The notes: generated from the letters alone by a model not told the origin. A stretch of 64,000 bases of DNA from Thermoproteota archaeon (GCA_030550585.1 JAUQPB010000002.1:224001-288000), one strand, 5' to 3'; shown: positions 20,290 through 31,277, counted from the first letter of the stretch. Numbers and translations: made by a program.

Positions 20290-21709
20290 TATGGCTAGAG
20301 ATTACATCTCTAAGATGGATATATACATGGTTCTCTCTGTAACAACTTTAGTAAACTTTCTAACAGGGTTTAATGCAAGGCTTGCTGTTGTTGGTCTACC
20401 AACTATTGCAAGGGATTTGGGTGCTGATATATATCAGATTATATGGATTGTCCAAGGATATATGCTTGGCTCGACAATTATTCAGCTTATTGTTGGGAGA
20501 TTATCTGACTTATTTGGAAGGGTCAGGCTATTCAATTTAGGGATAGCGATTTTTGGTTTAGGAGCCTTTGTCTCTGGCTTAAGCAATAGTCCAATAGTAT
20601 TAGTTGCTTCAAGATTTGTGCAAGGCATTGGAGCAGCGTTTCTAATATCGCTAACTGTAACGATTCTAACAGATTATGTCCCTCCTGATAGGCTTGCTAC
20701 ATGGCTTGGTATAAACCAGGTTTCCTGGAGGGTGGGGGCCTTGCTTGGGCTAACGCTTAGCGGCTTTATAATTGATTATCTTGGGTGGAGGTGGATCTTC
20801 TTAATCCAAGTGCCTCTTAGTCTAGCAATTCTTTTTTGGAGCGTTAAAAGACTTAGAGAGAGGTACAAACCTGTTGAAAAACCATATATAGATTGGCCTG
20901 GCTTCGCAGTATTTACAGTTGCTATTGCTTTGCTGCTTGTTGGGTTAACGCTCTATGGATATGGATTCTCAGAGTACTCTTTATACACTATGGCATCTAG
21001 CATCGCTCTACTGATAATATTCTCCCTATGGGAGCTAAACACAAAACATCCTGCACTAGATCTTAGCATATTTAAGATATGGCAATTTAGTGGAGGGATA
21101 ATCGCACAGCTTCTATACTCAATAGGTTTTGGAGCCTCCATGACACTTCTGGCTATATACCTCCAATCAGTTGAGGGATTTACAGCTACACAAACAGGCC
21201 TGCTTTTAATACCATATGAACTAAGCTTCCTAGTCTTTGGCGTTGTTGGCGGTAGGTTCTCAGATTCCATAGGCTTTGCCCCCGTTGCTGTAGCCGGTCT
21301 TGTCGCAGGCTCGGCAGCCCTCTATCTAATCTCTATAGTCTCTTCACTCAAGGCACTAATAGTAGCAGAAATTTTGCTAGGTGTTGGAACAGGCCTTTTC
21401 GTTTCTCCAAATACAAGCTCAATCATGAACTCTGTGCCTCCGCATAGAAGAGGTATCGCATCATCTATAAGAACAATATCATTTAATGTGGGGTTTGCGC
21501 TGAGTCTAAATATAGCTGTTCTATCGCTTACGCGTGTACTGCCATACAGAATAGTTTCAATGTTAATCATGTATGAGGGCATGCAAGAAAATAGTATTTC
21601 AATGGAGGCATCCATGCTCTCAAATGCAATTAGAGAGTCATTTAAGGTGCAATCCATTTTAATGGCAATGGCAATACCATTTACAGTTTCACGCACCAAA
21701 AAGCGGTGA
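20290..21709 (+). CDS. MFS transporter, DHA2 (EmrB/QacA-like)
   Basis: GRLSDLFGR motif A, ~14 hydrophobic segments. Start uncertain (20264/20281/20290). Confidence 0.9.
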
Positions 21710-21927
21710 TAAAGATGAATTGGAGGCAGGGTAGACATGATATGCAATGCCGCATGAGCTAGTCTCTAGACCCAATTAACATATTAGCTACAACAACTTA
21801 GTAATACCCTCTTATATTGTAGGTGGGCAACCCAGCAAACTTTTTATTGTTTAAAATTCTTTGCCAAATCTAAGGTTGGGCGTAAACCTCTAAATGCACC
21901 TCTTTGTAGATTAGAGATGGTAGTTGT

Positions 21928-23274
21928 ATGCCTATAAAAAACTTTGGTGAATTGGCTGTATCAGATTTGCATAGACTGGCTCTCGAGCTTGCTGAGCATG
22001 GTTTGGCTGTGGCGGATCCCTACAACGCTGTTAGAAGCTCTGTTTCGCTTGATGGTAAAAGGATTCTAGTTGGTGGCGAGGTTATTGAGGCTGAGGGGCA
22101 GATTCATGTAATCGGCTTTGGGAAGGCATCTAAAAGAATGGCTATGGCTTTAAACGATCTGTTAGGGGATAGAATAGTTGGTGGGGTTGTTATAACACCT
22201 GATGAAATTGGCTATATTGGTAATATAAAGCTTGTTAGAGGTAATCATCCGATTCCAGGTAAGGATACTTTGAACTCATCTCAATTGCTACTAGATTATG
22301 TATCCAGCAATGTTTCTGAAAACGACATTGTCTTTGTAGTCATATCGGGAGGTGGTTCAGCGCTTTTCGAGGTTCCAGAAGATGGGATATCCTTAGACGA
22401 TATTGCCTGGATTTCCAGAGAGCTTATGAGAAGAGGTGCAGATATATTCGAATTGAATGCTGTGAGGAAGAGGTTTTCCAAGGTTAAGGGTGGTAAGTTG
22501 CTAAGGTTTTTAAAGGCGAAGAAAGTTGTATCGCTGATAATAAGCGATGTTATTGGGGATAGGCTAGACACCATAGCCTCGGGGCCTACAGCACCAGATG
22601 ACACGACTTTTAGGGATGTATACAATATATTGAAGAGACGTGGTGTTTGGGGCTATATGAAAGATTCTATGAAGAGAATAGTGGAACTAGGATTAGAGGG
22701 GATAATAGCAGATACTCCAAAGAGAGGTGATAACATCTTCAACAAGGTTTTTAACATTATTATTGCAAGCAATAAAATGGTTTTGGATGCCATGGCAGAG
22801 AAGGCGAGGGGCCAAGGGTTTAACACACTCATTCTGACATCCATGCTTGAGGGGGAGGCTAGAGAGGTTGGGAAGGTGCTAGCATCTGTAATGAGAAGCA
22901 TAGACGTCTACGGCATGCCACTGAAAAGACCTGTGGCAATACTTGCAGGTGGAGAAACTGTTGTAACTGTTCGTGGTAATGGTATTGGTGGGAGAAACCA
23001 AGAGCTATGTCTATCACTCTCAATATCGATTAGAGGCATGAACAACGTAGTAGCTTTATGTATGGGGACAGATGGGATTGATGGTATAAGCCCGGCAGCT
23101 GGAGCTATAGTTGATGGCAAAACATATTACGAGGGATTGGAACAGGGCTTGGATCCACAAGAGTGTCTAGAGAACAATGATAGCTACACCTACTTCTCAA
23201 AACTCAGAAGAGCTATTATAACAGGCTATACTGGGACAAACGTTAACGACATATTCATAGCCTTGATGAAATAG
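21928..23274 (+). CDS. Glycerate 2-kinase (class II, MOFRL/TtuD family)
   Basis: GFGKAS, ISGGGSAL, SKVKGG, IASGPT, GGETVV, GGRNQE, TDGIDG, TGTNVND. Confidence 0.93.
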   Translation: MPIKNFGELAVSDLHRLALELAEHGLAVADPYNAVRSSVSLDGKRILVGGEVIEAEGQIHVIGFGKASKRMAMALNDLLGDRIVGGVVITPDEIGYIGNIKLVRGNHPIPGKDTLNSSQLLLDYVSSNVSENDIVFVVISGGGSALFEVPEDGISLDDIAWISRELMRRGADIFELNAVRKRFSKVKGGKLLRFLKAKKVVSLIISDVIGDRLDTIASGPTAPDDTTFRDVYNILKRRGVWGYMKDSMKRIVELGLEGIIADTPKRGDNIFNKVFNIIIASNKMVLDAMAEKARGQGFNTLILTSMLEGEAREVGKVLASVMRSIDVYGMPLKRPVAILAGGETVVTVRGNGIGGRNQELCLSLSISIRGMNNVVALCMGTDGIDGISPAAGAIVDGKTYYEGLEQGLDPQECLENNDSYTYFSKLRRAIITGYTGTNVNDIFIALMK

Positions 23275-23308
23275 CCTTTACTAGCAAATTGAAGCGTCAT
23301 TACAGTCT

Positions 23309-23629
23309 CTATGTACTCGCATTGAATATTGTGAGTGCGTCTCTCATTATCTCCTCCTCGGATCTGCCACTTTCAACAAGCTGGAATTCGGCATAGCCAG
23401 GCTTTCTATTGTCAACCTTCATCTGAATACACTCTACAGCCCTCTTAGTCGGGTGGGCAACTATGTTAAGATATGTTCTTGCAATTGCTGCAACTGTTGC
23501 TTCTTGCAAGACTATTGTCTGGTCTTTGAAAACTATAGCCAATCTCATATGCCTGTGATTCGGCGGTATAAACCCTATGATCTTCAGTACATCGCTATTC
23601 GAATAGACTTTAACACTCATTTTAGACAC
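23309..23629 (-). CDS. Hypothetical protein
   Basis: Protein-like composition (IPPNHRHMRL...LQEATVAAIAR...HPTKRA...KPGYAEFQL) filling the gap between neighbours. No family recognised. Confidence 0.75.
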   Translation of the reverse strand: MSKMSVKVYSNSDVLKIIGFIPPNHRHMRLAIVFKDQTIVLQEATVAAIARTYLNIVAHPTKRAVECIQMKVDNRKPGYAEFQLVESGRSEEEIMRDALTIFNAST

Positions 23630-23693
23630 ACAACAATATGCCTAGACAAAAACATATTTTAATCTTCATTGATTTTACTGAAAAGAGATTTGG

Positions 23694-24473
23694 GTGTGGT
23701 TTACGATAGCCTTTTCAACAATGGTGCTACTGAACCTCGACCCATTTGAGGCTACAGCAAAACTCATTGAAAGCGGTTTCCACGTCGAGGTATGCTACGA
23801 CAATTTCCTCGTGTTTGGAGGTAGGTATGTGGAGGATGCTCTATTCAAAAAGTTTCTCGACAGCATACAGTCAATTAGAAAGACATATATAAAGTCTGTT
23901 CATATGCCATATGACGAACTAGATGCTGATACTATCCCCCTTGAACATATTCTAAACAGAATGGTCAAGTGGCTTAGATTCGCACACGAGATAGGGGCTT
24001 CAATAGCTGTTTTCCACACACTAAAAACATCCTCAGACCCTCTAAACACAAACCTACACTTCTTTAGGGAAATTGCTAGAGAGGCTATGGATAGGGGAAT
24101 CAGAATCGCTGTCGAAAACAGACTCGAGAGGGAGTTGTTCGGCTCAAAGCCCGAAGACCTCAAAAACATTGTTGAAAGCGTTGGCGAGGGAATTGGGATC
24201 TGTTTAGATGTTGGTCATGCAAACATAAATAAAAACCTAGATGCGTTCTTAAAAACATTAGAGAACAGTATAATTGAGCTCCATCTCCATGACAACAACG
24301 GTTTTAGGGATGAGCATAAACCCCCATTCACAGGCTCTGTTGACTGGAACGCTGTTATAAGGCTGATTAAAAGGAAAGGAGATATTTTACCTGTTTTCGA
24401 AATTGCATGCAGAGAACCGGTGACAGGTTGTCTGTCGATTGCAAGCAGAGTTAAACAAGAATTTGAAATGTGA
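23694..24473 (+). CDS. Sugar-phosphate isomerase/epimerase (AP-endonuclease-2 TIM barrel)
   Basis: AVEN, CLDVGHAN, LHLHDN..RDEHKPPFTG. Confidence 0.85.
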   Translation: MWFTIAFSTMVLLNLDPFEATAKLIESGFHVEVCYDNFLVFGGRYVEDALFKKFLDSIQSIRKTYIKSVHMPYDELDADTIPLEHILNRMVKWLRFAHEIGASIAVFHTLKTSSDPLNTNLHFFREIAREAMDRGIRIAVENRLERELFGSKPEDLKNIVESVGEGIGICLDVGHANINKNLDAFLKTLENSIIELHLHDNNGFRDEHKPPFTGSVDWNAVIRLIKRKGDILPVFEIACREPVTGCLSIASRVKQEFEM

Positions 24474-24486
24474 AAATAGTTAGAGG

Positions 24487-25200
24487 GTGTCTAAAATGCT
24501 GTTTAAAAAGCCGAATATCTTTGATAAACCTGTCGAGGTTTTTAGACTCGACGACATATCTCTTCTGCATATCCATATAAAGAATCTGACAAAGTTTGGC
24601 TTAGATCTATGCAGAGACTGTGAAAAGGTTTTGGCTTTGCTGAGGGGGAGATGCAGAGTTAGCGGCTATGAACTCTTTGAAAAAGACCTGCTCTACATTC
24701 CAGCAGATGTAAGCCACATGGATATGGAGTGCACAGAAAACGCCATAGCATACATTGTTCAGGCTAAGACCTCAAGAAAATTTGGCTCATATCTAAAGAG
24801 GTTTGGAGAAGCTGAAAAGATCGTTATAGAAGATGCTGAGTCTCGCAGGACTAGATACACATTGATAGGAGAGAAAGATAAGAGCGAGAGGATATTAGCT
24901 GGCTACACATTTTGCGAGCCAGGCTCCTGGGGCTCGTACCCCCCGCACAGACACGATGATATGTATGAGATCTTCATATACTTTGATCTGAGCCCATATT
25001 TCGGCATTCAAACAATATTCGACGAGTCTCAGGAGAGTGTATACATAGTTAGAGACTATGACACTGTTTTAGTTTCTAGGGGATACCACCCCAATGTCTC
25101 AACCCCTATGAGAGGCATGAAATACCTGTGGATAATGGTGTCGAAGAGAGGCTCTAAAACACATAAGATGGAGATTCACCCACTATACGCCAAGTCCTAG
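24487..25200 (+). CDS. IolB/KduI-family cupin isomerase (5-deoxy-glucuronate isomerase-like)
   Basis: GSWGSYPPHRHD...EIFIY, GYHPNVS.P...KYLW. Confidence 0.82.
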   Translation: MSKMLFKKPNIFDKPVEVFRLDDISLLHIHIKNLTKFGLDLCRDCEKVLALLRGRCRVSGYELFEKDLLYIPADVSHMDMECTENAIAYIVQAKTSRKFGSYLKRFGEAEKIVIEDAESRRTRYTLIGEKDKSERILAGYTFCEPGSWGSYPPHRHDDMYEIFIYFDLSPYFGIQTIFDESQESVYIVRDYDTVLVSRGYHPNVSTPMRGMKYLWIMVSKRGSKTHKMEIHPLYAKS

Positions 25201-25216
25201 AAAGTCTTGGCAACAG

Positions 25217-25921
25217 CTATAACTCGACTAGCTCAAAGCCACTATACACATTAAATCTATCCCCTCTAACATGTCCTATTAAAGCCATGTTACAGCTTCT
25301 AGCAATTTCAATAGCTTTCCGTGTTGGTGCACCTCTGAATACTGCTATGGGTATGCCCATAGCAGTAATAGCCTTGACCATCTCCGAGCCTGCTCTAGAC
25401 GATAAAACAACGACTGTTTTTCTAAAGTCGACCCCACTCTCATAAGCTTTTCCTATCAGCTTGAGCAGAGAGCCAAGCCTAGATATATCCTCTACAATCT
25501 CTATCAGCACACCATCTAAGGTAAACAAAGCTGAGAAATGGAAGCAGCCAGTCATGGTAAACAGCTTCGCGCTTTTGCTCGCTTCTTCAAACATCTTCAG
25601 AATGTCTCGAGACCTCACCTTGATCTTCAGATCCGTGGAACACTCGTCTACCTCTCTTGCAAAAGGTTTTGCATAGAAAAGAAGAACATTGTTATTTTCG
25701 ACAATGGTTCTAGCCTCTGTCAGATCAAATCCATGTGTAACTGCATATCCTATTCCAAGATATTTGAGCATATGAGGAGATGTCTGAATCCTAAAAACCT
25801 CGACACCGTCTACGTAAACCCTTCCCTCAATTTCCTCAGCAACGATATCGTCTATCTCTTCATAGCCACTCAAGGAAACTCTGACTATCTTTGTTGTTGA
25901 GTAGCTGTCCACTATCAACAC
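25217..25921 (-). CDS. fdhD: Formate dehydrogenase accessory sulfurtransferase FdhD-like
   Basis: F.MTGCFH, EDISR...KLIG, SSRAGSEMVKA, GAPTRKAI, FNVYS. Confidence 0.85.
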   Translation of the reverse strand: MLIVDSYSTTKIVRVSLSGYEEIDDIVAEEIEGRVYVDGVEVFRIQTSPHMLKYLGIGYAVTHGFDLTEARTIVENNNVLLFYAKPFAREVDECSTDLKIKVRSRDILKMFEEASKSAKLFTMTGCFHFSALFTLDGVLIEIVEDISRLGSLLKLIGKAYESGVDFRKTVVVLSSRAGSEMVKAITAMGIPIAVFRGAPTRKAIEIARSCNMALIGHVRGDRFNVYSGFELVEL

Positions 25922-26130
25922 CTTTTACAGCTACAATTGGAGGCTTATTAAAAGTTTAAATGGTTTATATATGCTTATATCACATATAGTATATTTTAGA
26001 GTAGTCGATGCTCTTCATCAATAGAAAATCAATGGGATACCCCTGCAATGTCGATACATGGAGATACATTGAAGTGGACTACAATCTCTGGCTCAGTATT
26101 TAGGTAGTGCATCCTTTTAACAGATGTGTG

Positions 26131-26538
26131 CTAGGTGAAGGGTACAATTGTTTTTACTCCATTAGCTTGGGCAACCCTAGCCTGTTTCTCGTCTAATGTG
26201 GCTAGCGGCAGTTTCTTCTCTATTGCTAGTGCGATGTACAGAGCGTCGTAGACTGTAATACCTGTTTTCAAGGCTATTTCGAATGCCTTTGAAAGGTATT
26301 TGCCTTCGGGCTCTATCTCTATATTTATACCTATCATAGAGAAGAGTATTTCTTGCAACTTAAAAGCTGTTTCGATGTTTATAGTCCTCTTAATCGTTGC
26401 ATCCTTCCATATAGCATTTAACACCTCTTTTAACACCAGGTCAATGGTTATACATAGCCTCACATAGTTAACAAGCTTTTCCCAGCCAGGCTCCTTTCTA
26501 ATAAAAGCTGCTAGCAAGGAAGCATCAACGACTATCAC
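26131..26538 (-). CDS. vapC: Type II toxin, PIN-domain VapC
   Basis: IVVDAS, EVLNA, ITVYDALYIALA, LATLD. Confidence 0.92.
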   Translation of the reverse strand: MIVVDASLLAAFIRKEPGWEKLVNYVRLCITIDLVLKEVLNAIWKDATIKRTINIETAFKLQEILFSMIGINIEIEPEGKYLSKAFEIALKTGITVYDALYIALAIEKKLPLATLDEKQARVAQANGVKTIVPFT

Positions 26539-26755
26539 GGTCCTCCCTTATAGATGTAACTGAGGAGCCCCTAGGAGACTCTATTGGCAGTTGTGAAAGC
26601 ATGTTGACGACATTCCTGATATTATCATCAGCTTCGATCTCTCTTAACTTAGATTCTATGAACCTCCTCACCTCCTCAGCCCAGTTAACCCTATCTCTAT
26701 ATCTATCCATCTTCTCCTTAATCTCCCTCCTAAGCTTAACACTAAAAACACTCAC
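26525..26755 (-). CDS. vapB: Type II antitoxin VapB (RHH-like)
   Basis: SVKL..EIKEKM..Y...VNWAEEVRRFI...SIREDRDSR, overlapping vapC. Confidence 0.88.
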   Translation of the reverse strand: MSVFSVKLRREIKEKMDRYRDRVNWAEEVRRFIESKLREIEADDNIRNVVNMLSQLPIESPRGSSVTSIREDRDSR

Positions 26756-27144
26756 AGCTGGTTACCACAATATATTTTTTAAGTAGACCTAGGTATTTAA
26801 ACCTAATGGTATACCCCAAAGGTTTACTATAAACACGTCTCTAGTGTAGAGCAATATCAATTAAAAATCAAAATAATGCAAAATCTTTTCTCCCCACATC
26901 CAAACATTTCTATGATTGATTCTATTAGATGTAGTCGATACCTATCTGCAATACCCAGGCACCTCATCTCTTAACACACTTCTTTCTCTGTCCCACATAT
27001 GCTGAAATTCATATCTTAGTGAAGATAGCGAAGGAGGTGGAGTCCTTCATAGCGAGCGGTATACATGAGAGTAAATCGTGACCATTGTTATCGTCAAACT
27101 CAAAAACTTTTCTAGGCTTCTCGGTAGATATGTGAAGATATTCT

Positions 27145-28236
27145 ATGGGCTTGGGTATGAGAGGCTATAGAGATAGAGACTTTATAGAAACTTTTGAGGG
27201 GCTCGTATTCTGTGTTATAGGAAATATTCATCCTAGGGGCAGGGTTCTCAGCTATTTAAAGTATGTGGCTAATCTAGAGTCTGGTGTAAGGGTTAAGTGG
27301 TCTAGGAATGGGGTTGTATATGGAAGGATACTGCCATTCTATAGTGCTGTAGGTGTTAAGAGTGTTTTAGAATATTTGAAGAGGAATCATCTAGACTATG
27401 TCGTATTTGATGAGTATAGGGGTGTGGAGCTTATAGAGGTTCCAGAGAACAGGATATCGATTCACTACAAGCCCGAGGAGAGACTGAGTCAAATGGTTAA
27501 GGAGCCTGGCGACCCTCTGGAGAGGCTTGCTGTGGAGCTCGTATCTAGAATATCTAACGAGTCTGGGGTTTCCTTAGAGAACTTTGGTGTAACAGGCTCC
27601 ATACTCCTAAGGATACACAACCTTCGGTATTCTGACATAGACCTTGTTGTGTATGGGGTTGAAAACTCGTATAGAGTTAGAGATGCTTTGAAGAGGCTTT
27701 ACAGCCGTGAAAACTCGGGGTTCTCACTACCATCAGGAGAGACCTTAGAGTCTTGGGCTGCTGAAATATCTAGGATACATCCACTAACAGTTGAAGAGGC
27801 GAAGATTCTATACAGCAAATATAAATGGAATAGAGCTTTGTATAAAGGGAGGCAGTTCTCGATACACCCAGTAAAACTTGAAAACGAGGTTGACGAGGTG
27901 TGGGAGCAGAAGAGGTTTAGATACAGGGGGCTTGCAACAATTAGAGCAAAGGTTGTGGACTCAAGAGACTCTATATTCATGCCAGCAACGTATTTGGTGG
28001 AGGATGTGAAGGTATTGGAGGGCGTTGAAGAGGCCAAAAAGATTAGCAGGATTGTGAGCTACGAGGGTCTGTACATAGATATTGCTAGGGAAGGGGATGA
28101 AATAGTTGCTATGGGAAAGGTGGAGGAGGTTCAAGACATCAAAAGAAATGAAACATTCTATCAACTGACAATAGGAACCTTCGAAGCAGGCGGAAAAGAC
28201 TTCATAAAACCTTTGAGCTGGGTCAAAAGCGGTTAA
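27145..28236 (+). CDS. Pol-beta superfamily nucleotidyltransferase (uncharacterised archaeal COG1665-like)
   Basis: FGVTGSILL...SDIDLVVYG NTase motif; N-terminal RDRDFIET...YLKY; C-terminal OB-like region. Confidence 0.8.
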   Translation: MGLGMRGYRDRDFIETFEGLVFCVIGNIHPRGRVLSYLKYVANLESGVRVKWSRNGVVYGRILPFYSAVGVKSVLEYLKRNHLDYVVFDEYRGVELIEVPENRISIHYKPEERLSQMVKEPGDPLERLAVELVSRISNESGVSLENFGVTGSILLRIHNLRYSDIDLVVYGVENSYRVRDALKRLYSRENSGFSLPSGETLESWAAEISRIHPLTVEEAKILYSKYKWNRALYKGRQFSIHPVKLENEVDEVWEQKRFRYRGLATIRAKVVDSRDSIFMPATYLVEDVKVLEGVEEAKKISRIVSYEGLYIDIAREGDEIVAMGKVEEVQDIKRNETFYQLTIGTFEAGGKDFIKPLSWVKSG

Positions 28237-28343
28237 ATGCAATTAAAAATCTTTGCCAAGGTCAATTAAAAGCATATGAAAAAGAGTTTCAGGGAAGCCC
28301 TAAAATAGTGTTGGTTTGTCACTTTGCTAAAAGGTGTTGATAT

Positions 28344-29576
28344 TTGGTCACCCTACTGACTATTGTGCAAAGAAATTTTAGTAGAAGAAAAATCAGAACG
28401 GTATTAACTATAATAGGCATTTCAATTGGCATTGGGCTCACATTCTCTTTGCTATCAATAACGGCTACAGGTACACAAAGATCAGCTGAGCTCATTAGGA
28501 GGCTGACCGGAGCTGATATAACAATCTATAACGCTACTAGAGGGGCTATGCAACAAGGCTTTGTGGGTAGAAGGATAGGAGGGTTCTTCCCTATGGATAT
28601 GCCAACAAATCTAATCGATCTTAGTATAATTGATACACTTAGCATGATACCCGAAATCGAGGTTATATCGCCTCTCCTATCGTTTAGAGCATATCTAAAT
28701 TCTGTCACTATGGTCACAGTCTATGGTGTTGACATATCCACATATAGAAATGTCTCAAATTTAGATATTGTTGAGGGGGCTTTCCTGCAGAACCCAACTG
28801 CTTTCCAGGTCATCATCGGAAAAAGTCTTTCAGACGACTATAATATCTCTGTTGGGGATGCGATATCACTTCAAGTAGGCAACTCTACATGGAGCTTCAA
28901 AGTTGTTGGAGTATTCCAAAGTGGGGAGAGGTTCCAGGAATACGCTGTTTACATACCTATAGAAGTTGCACAGAATATAACAAATAGTGTTGGTAAGGCA
29001 TCACAAATAATGATTAAGTTGAGGGATCCAAGATACCTATCCGATGTAATACAAGCGATCCAGTCCTCTTTCCCCGGACTTGCAGTTTTCTCACCACTTA
29101 ACATGATTCAAAATGTTCAGCAAGCACTGAACACGATAACAATGTTCTTCTCGTCGATAGGGCTCGTAGCTGTAACTGCTGGTGCATTTGGCGTTGCCAA
29201 CACCATGATTATGAGCGTTGTTGAGAGAACTAGGGAGATAGGGATTCTCAGAGCCATTGGTGCAAGCAGAAGCTTCATACTGATGCTATTTCTATTAGAA
29301 TCCTTTTTAATCGGTTTTATAGGGGGTGTTATCGGGGTGTTAATCGGCATTGTACTCTCATACATTATAGCCCCTCTGGCATCATATAATCTGAGAGGTG
29401 GTATAGTCTCAGCCAGGGGAGTTTTTCAGCAGACATTTTCGGTGTACCCCACCATAACACCTATGAACATAGCTATTGCTATACTGCTTGGGATTGTGGT
29501 AGGGGTTGTAGCAGGGATATATCCAGCCTATAGAGCATCGAAGATAAAGCCTGTGGAGGCGTTGAGATATGTCTAA
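28344..29576 (+). CDS. ABC transporter permease (MacB/FtsX family)
   Basis: RRKIRTVLTIIGISIG, ERTREIGILRAIGAS, YPAYRASKIKPVEALR. Confidence 0.92.
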   Translation: MVTLLTIVQRNFSRRKIRTVLTIIGISIGIGLTFSLLSITATGTQRSAELIRRLTGADITIYNATRGAMQQGFVGRRIGGFFPMDMPTNLIDLSIIDTLSMIPEIEVISPLLSFRAYLNSVTMVTVYGVDISTYRNVSNLDIVEGAFLQNPTAFQVIIGKSLSDDYNISVGDAISLQVGNSTWSFKVVGVFQSGERFQEYAVYIPIEVAQNITNSVGKASQIMIKLRDPRYLSDVIQAIQSSFPGLAVFSPLNMIQNVQQALNTITMFFSSIGLVAVTAGAFGVANTMIMSVVERTREIGILRAIGASRSFILMLFLLESFLIGFIGGVIGVLIGIVLSYIIAPLASYNLRGGIVSARGVFQQTFSVYPTITPMNIAIAILLGIVVGVVAGIYPAYRASKIKPVEALRYV

Positions 29577-30288
29577 AGTGGACATTGTGATAGTAAAGAA
29601 CGTTGTCAAGGTCTATAGATATGGGAAGACGTTTTTCGAAGCGTTGAGAGGATTGAGTCTAGCAGTGCAAAAAGGTGATATAGTTTGTATCGTAGGCCCA
29701 TCAGGATCTGGAAAAACAACGCTACTGAACATCATAGGTGGGCTAGACAAGCCTGATAGTGGAGAGGTTATAGTTGATGGCATGGATATTACAAGGTTGA
29801 GCGAAAAAGAGTTGAATATGTACAGACTGTACAAGGTTGGCTTTGTTTTCCAATCATTCAATCTAATACCAACACTAACAGTCCTTGAAAATGTCGAGCT
29901 ACCTATGTATCTAGCGAAAATAGATAAGGAGAAGAGGAGGCAGAGAGCATTGGGGCTTCTAAAAGCTGTGGGCCTCGAGAAACTAGCTAACAAGACGCCA
30001 GATGCTTTAAGTGGTGGTGAGCAACAGAGGGTTGCAATAGCGAGGGCACTTGCAAACAACCCATCTATAGTCTTAATGGATGAGCCAACAGCGGCTCTAG
30101 ACACTGAAAACACAAGGGTGTTGATGAACATCATAAGAAAGTTGAATAGGGAATATAATCAGACATTCATAATAGCAACACACGATGTTTTAGTTGCTAG
30201 AGGTTGTACAAAAATATATGGAATTAGGGATGGTAGGATAGAGGGGGTTTATAGCGCATCAGAGATAGGTAAGCTATTCCAGATATAG
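29569..30288 (+). CDS. ABC transporter ATP-binding protein (LolD/MacB-like)
   Basis: GPSGSGKTT, LSGGEQQR, MDEPT, ATHD. Confidence 0.93.
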   Translation: MSKVDIVIVKNVVKVYRYGKTFFEALRGLSLAVQKGDIVCIVGPSGSGKTTLLNIIGGLDKPDSGEVIVDGMDITRLSEKELNMYRLYKVGFVFQSFNLIPTLTVLENVELPMYLAKIDKEKRRQRALGLLKAVGLEKLANKTPDALSGGEQQRVAIARALANNPSIVLMDEPTAALDTENTRVLMNIIRKLNREYNQTFIIATHDVLVARGCTKIYGIRDGRIEGVYSASEIGKLFQI

Positions 30289-30294
30289 CATCTA

Positions 30295-31197
30295 CTACAC
30301 CGCGAACCTCGCTACATATTTGTCTATAGCATCTTCGCTTAGCTCTGTAGAGCCTATGTGAACAAGTCTCCAAATCTCTGTATGGGTATTTACATCGCCT
30401 GGATTAACCGTTTTTAGAGGTCCTAGGGTTTCAAGCTCTAGAATCTTGTCATTTGTGTAGACCTCTATAAATGAGTTGAAGTCTGGATATGGTTCAGAAA
30501 CCTTCTTTGTTTTCTTTACAAATAGGTGTTCATCAACGTAGTAAGCAACCCACGGCTCATGGGCATTCACACCTATTTTTAGGGGATCCAGTGTTTCAGG
30601 GTCTTGCCTAATGAGTATATATCTATCCCCTAGAACAAGCCTTTTATCAGTTAGCTTTGTGTATGGCCATAAAGCTATTGATCTATCCGGCAAAAGGCAT
30701 TTCCCATCTACACATCTAGACCTTATAGGTATTATTGCAACTCCCCTTTGCTTCATTACTGTTAAAGCCCAACAAGAGAATTGTATTGGCCATCTACAAA
30801 TATTCTCAATTTTGTGTACAACCTCTAGGCTGTTGTCGTCAGGGCCTCTTCTAATAACAATTCTCTTCAGCACGCAGTTTTGTGGTTCTGGATTGCCCTC
30901 AACAACTATTTCACCCTCTTTCACATATATTTTAACAGGCTTATCCTCGATGGAATATGAGCGTGGGAAAGCCTCTGGGGAGGTCCATAGCCTATGGCCA
31001 CCATATATTCTCCAAACACCGTCAGGAGTCTCCAAAGAGATTTCGGGAACTACTCCAAAAACATTTAATTCTCTCTTGTCTTTGCGAGCAAGATACAGAA
31101 TACGTGGTCCAATCTCTTTTGCTATACCAACTACAAGGTTACCCATCTCTATAAACAGGACTTTGAAATTATTTAAAACACCTTCTTCTACATGCAT
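30295..31197 (-). CDS. Conserved protein, DUF4380-like (mutarotase-like beta-sandwich)
   Basis: GPRI...YGGHRLWTSPE...EVYTN..ILELETLGPL......HTEIW. Confidence 0.7.
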   Translation of the reverse strand: MHVEEGVLNNFKVLFIEMGNLVVGIAKEIGPRILYLARKDKRELNVFGVVPEISLETPDGVWRIYGGHRLWTSPEAFPRSYSIEDKPVKIYVKEGEIVVEGNPEPQNCVLKRIVIRRGPDDNSLEVVHKIENICRWPIQFSCWALTVMKQRGVAIIPIRSRCVDGKCLLPDRSIALWPYTKLTDKRLVLGDRYILIRQDPETLDPLKIGVNAHEPWVAYYVDEHLFVKKTKKVSEPYPDFNSFIEVYTNDKILELETLGPLKTVNPGDVNTHTEIWRLVHIGSTELSEDAIDKYVARFAV

Positions 31198-31277
31198 ACT
31201 AAGTCACATGGAGGTTTTGCATACAAAAACTTTTAAATGTTGCGCGCTAATTTCGTGTTGTACACATGTAAACTGAA

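Noticed and set aside
30611-31276. 221-aa antisense ORF (and other long shadow ORFs, e.g. 55632-56285)
   Set aside because: They lie opposite well-supported genes and show the Ser/Ile/Thr-rich composition typical of antisense frames.
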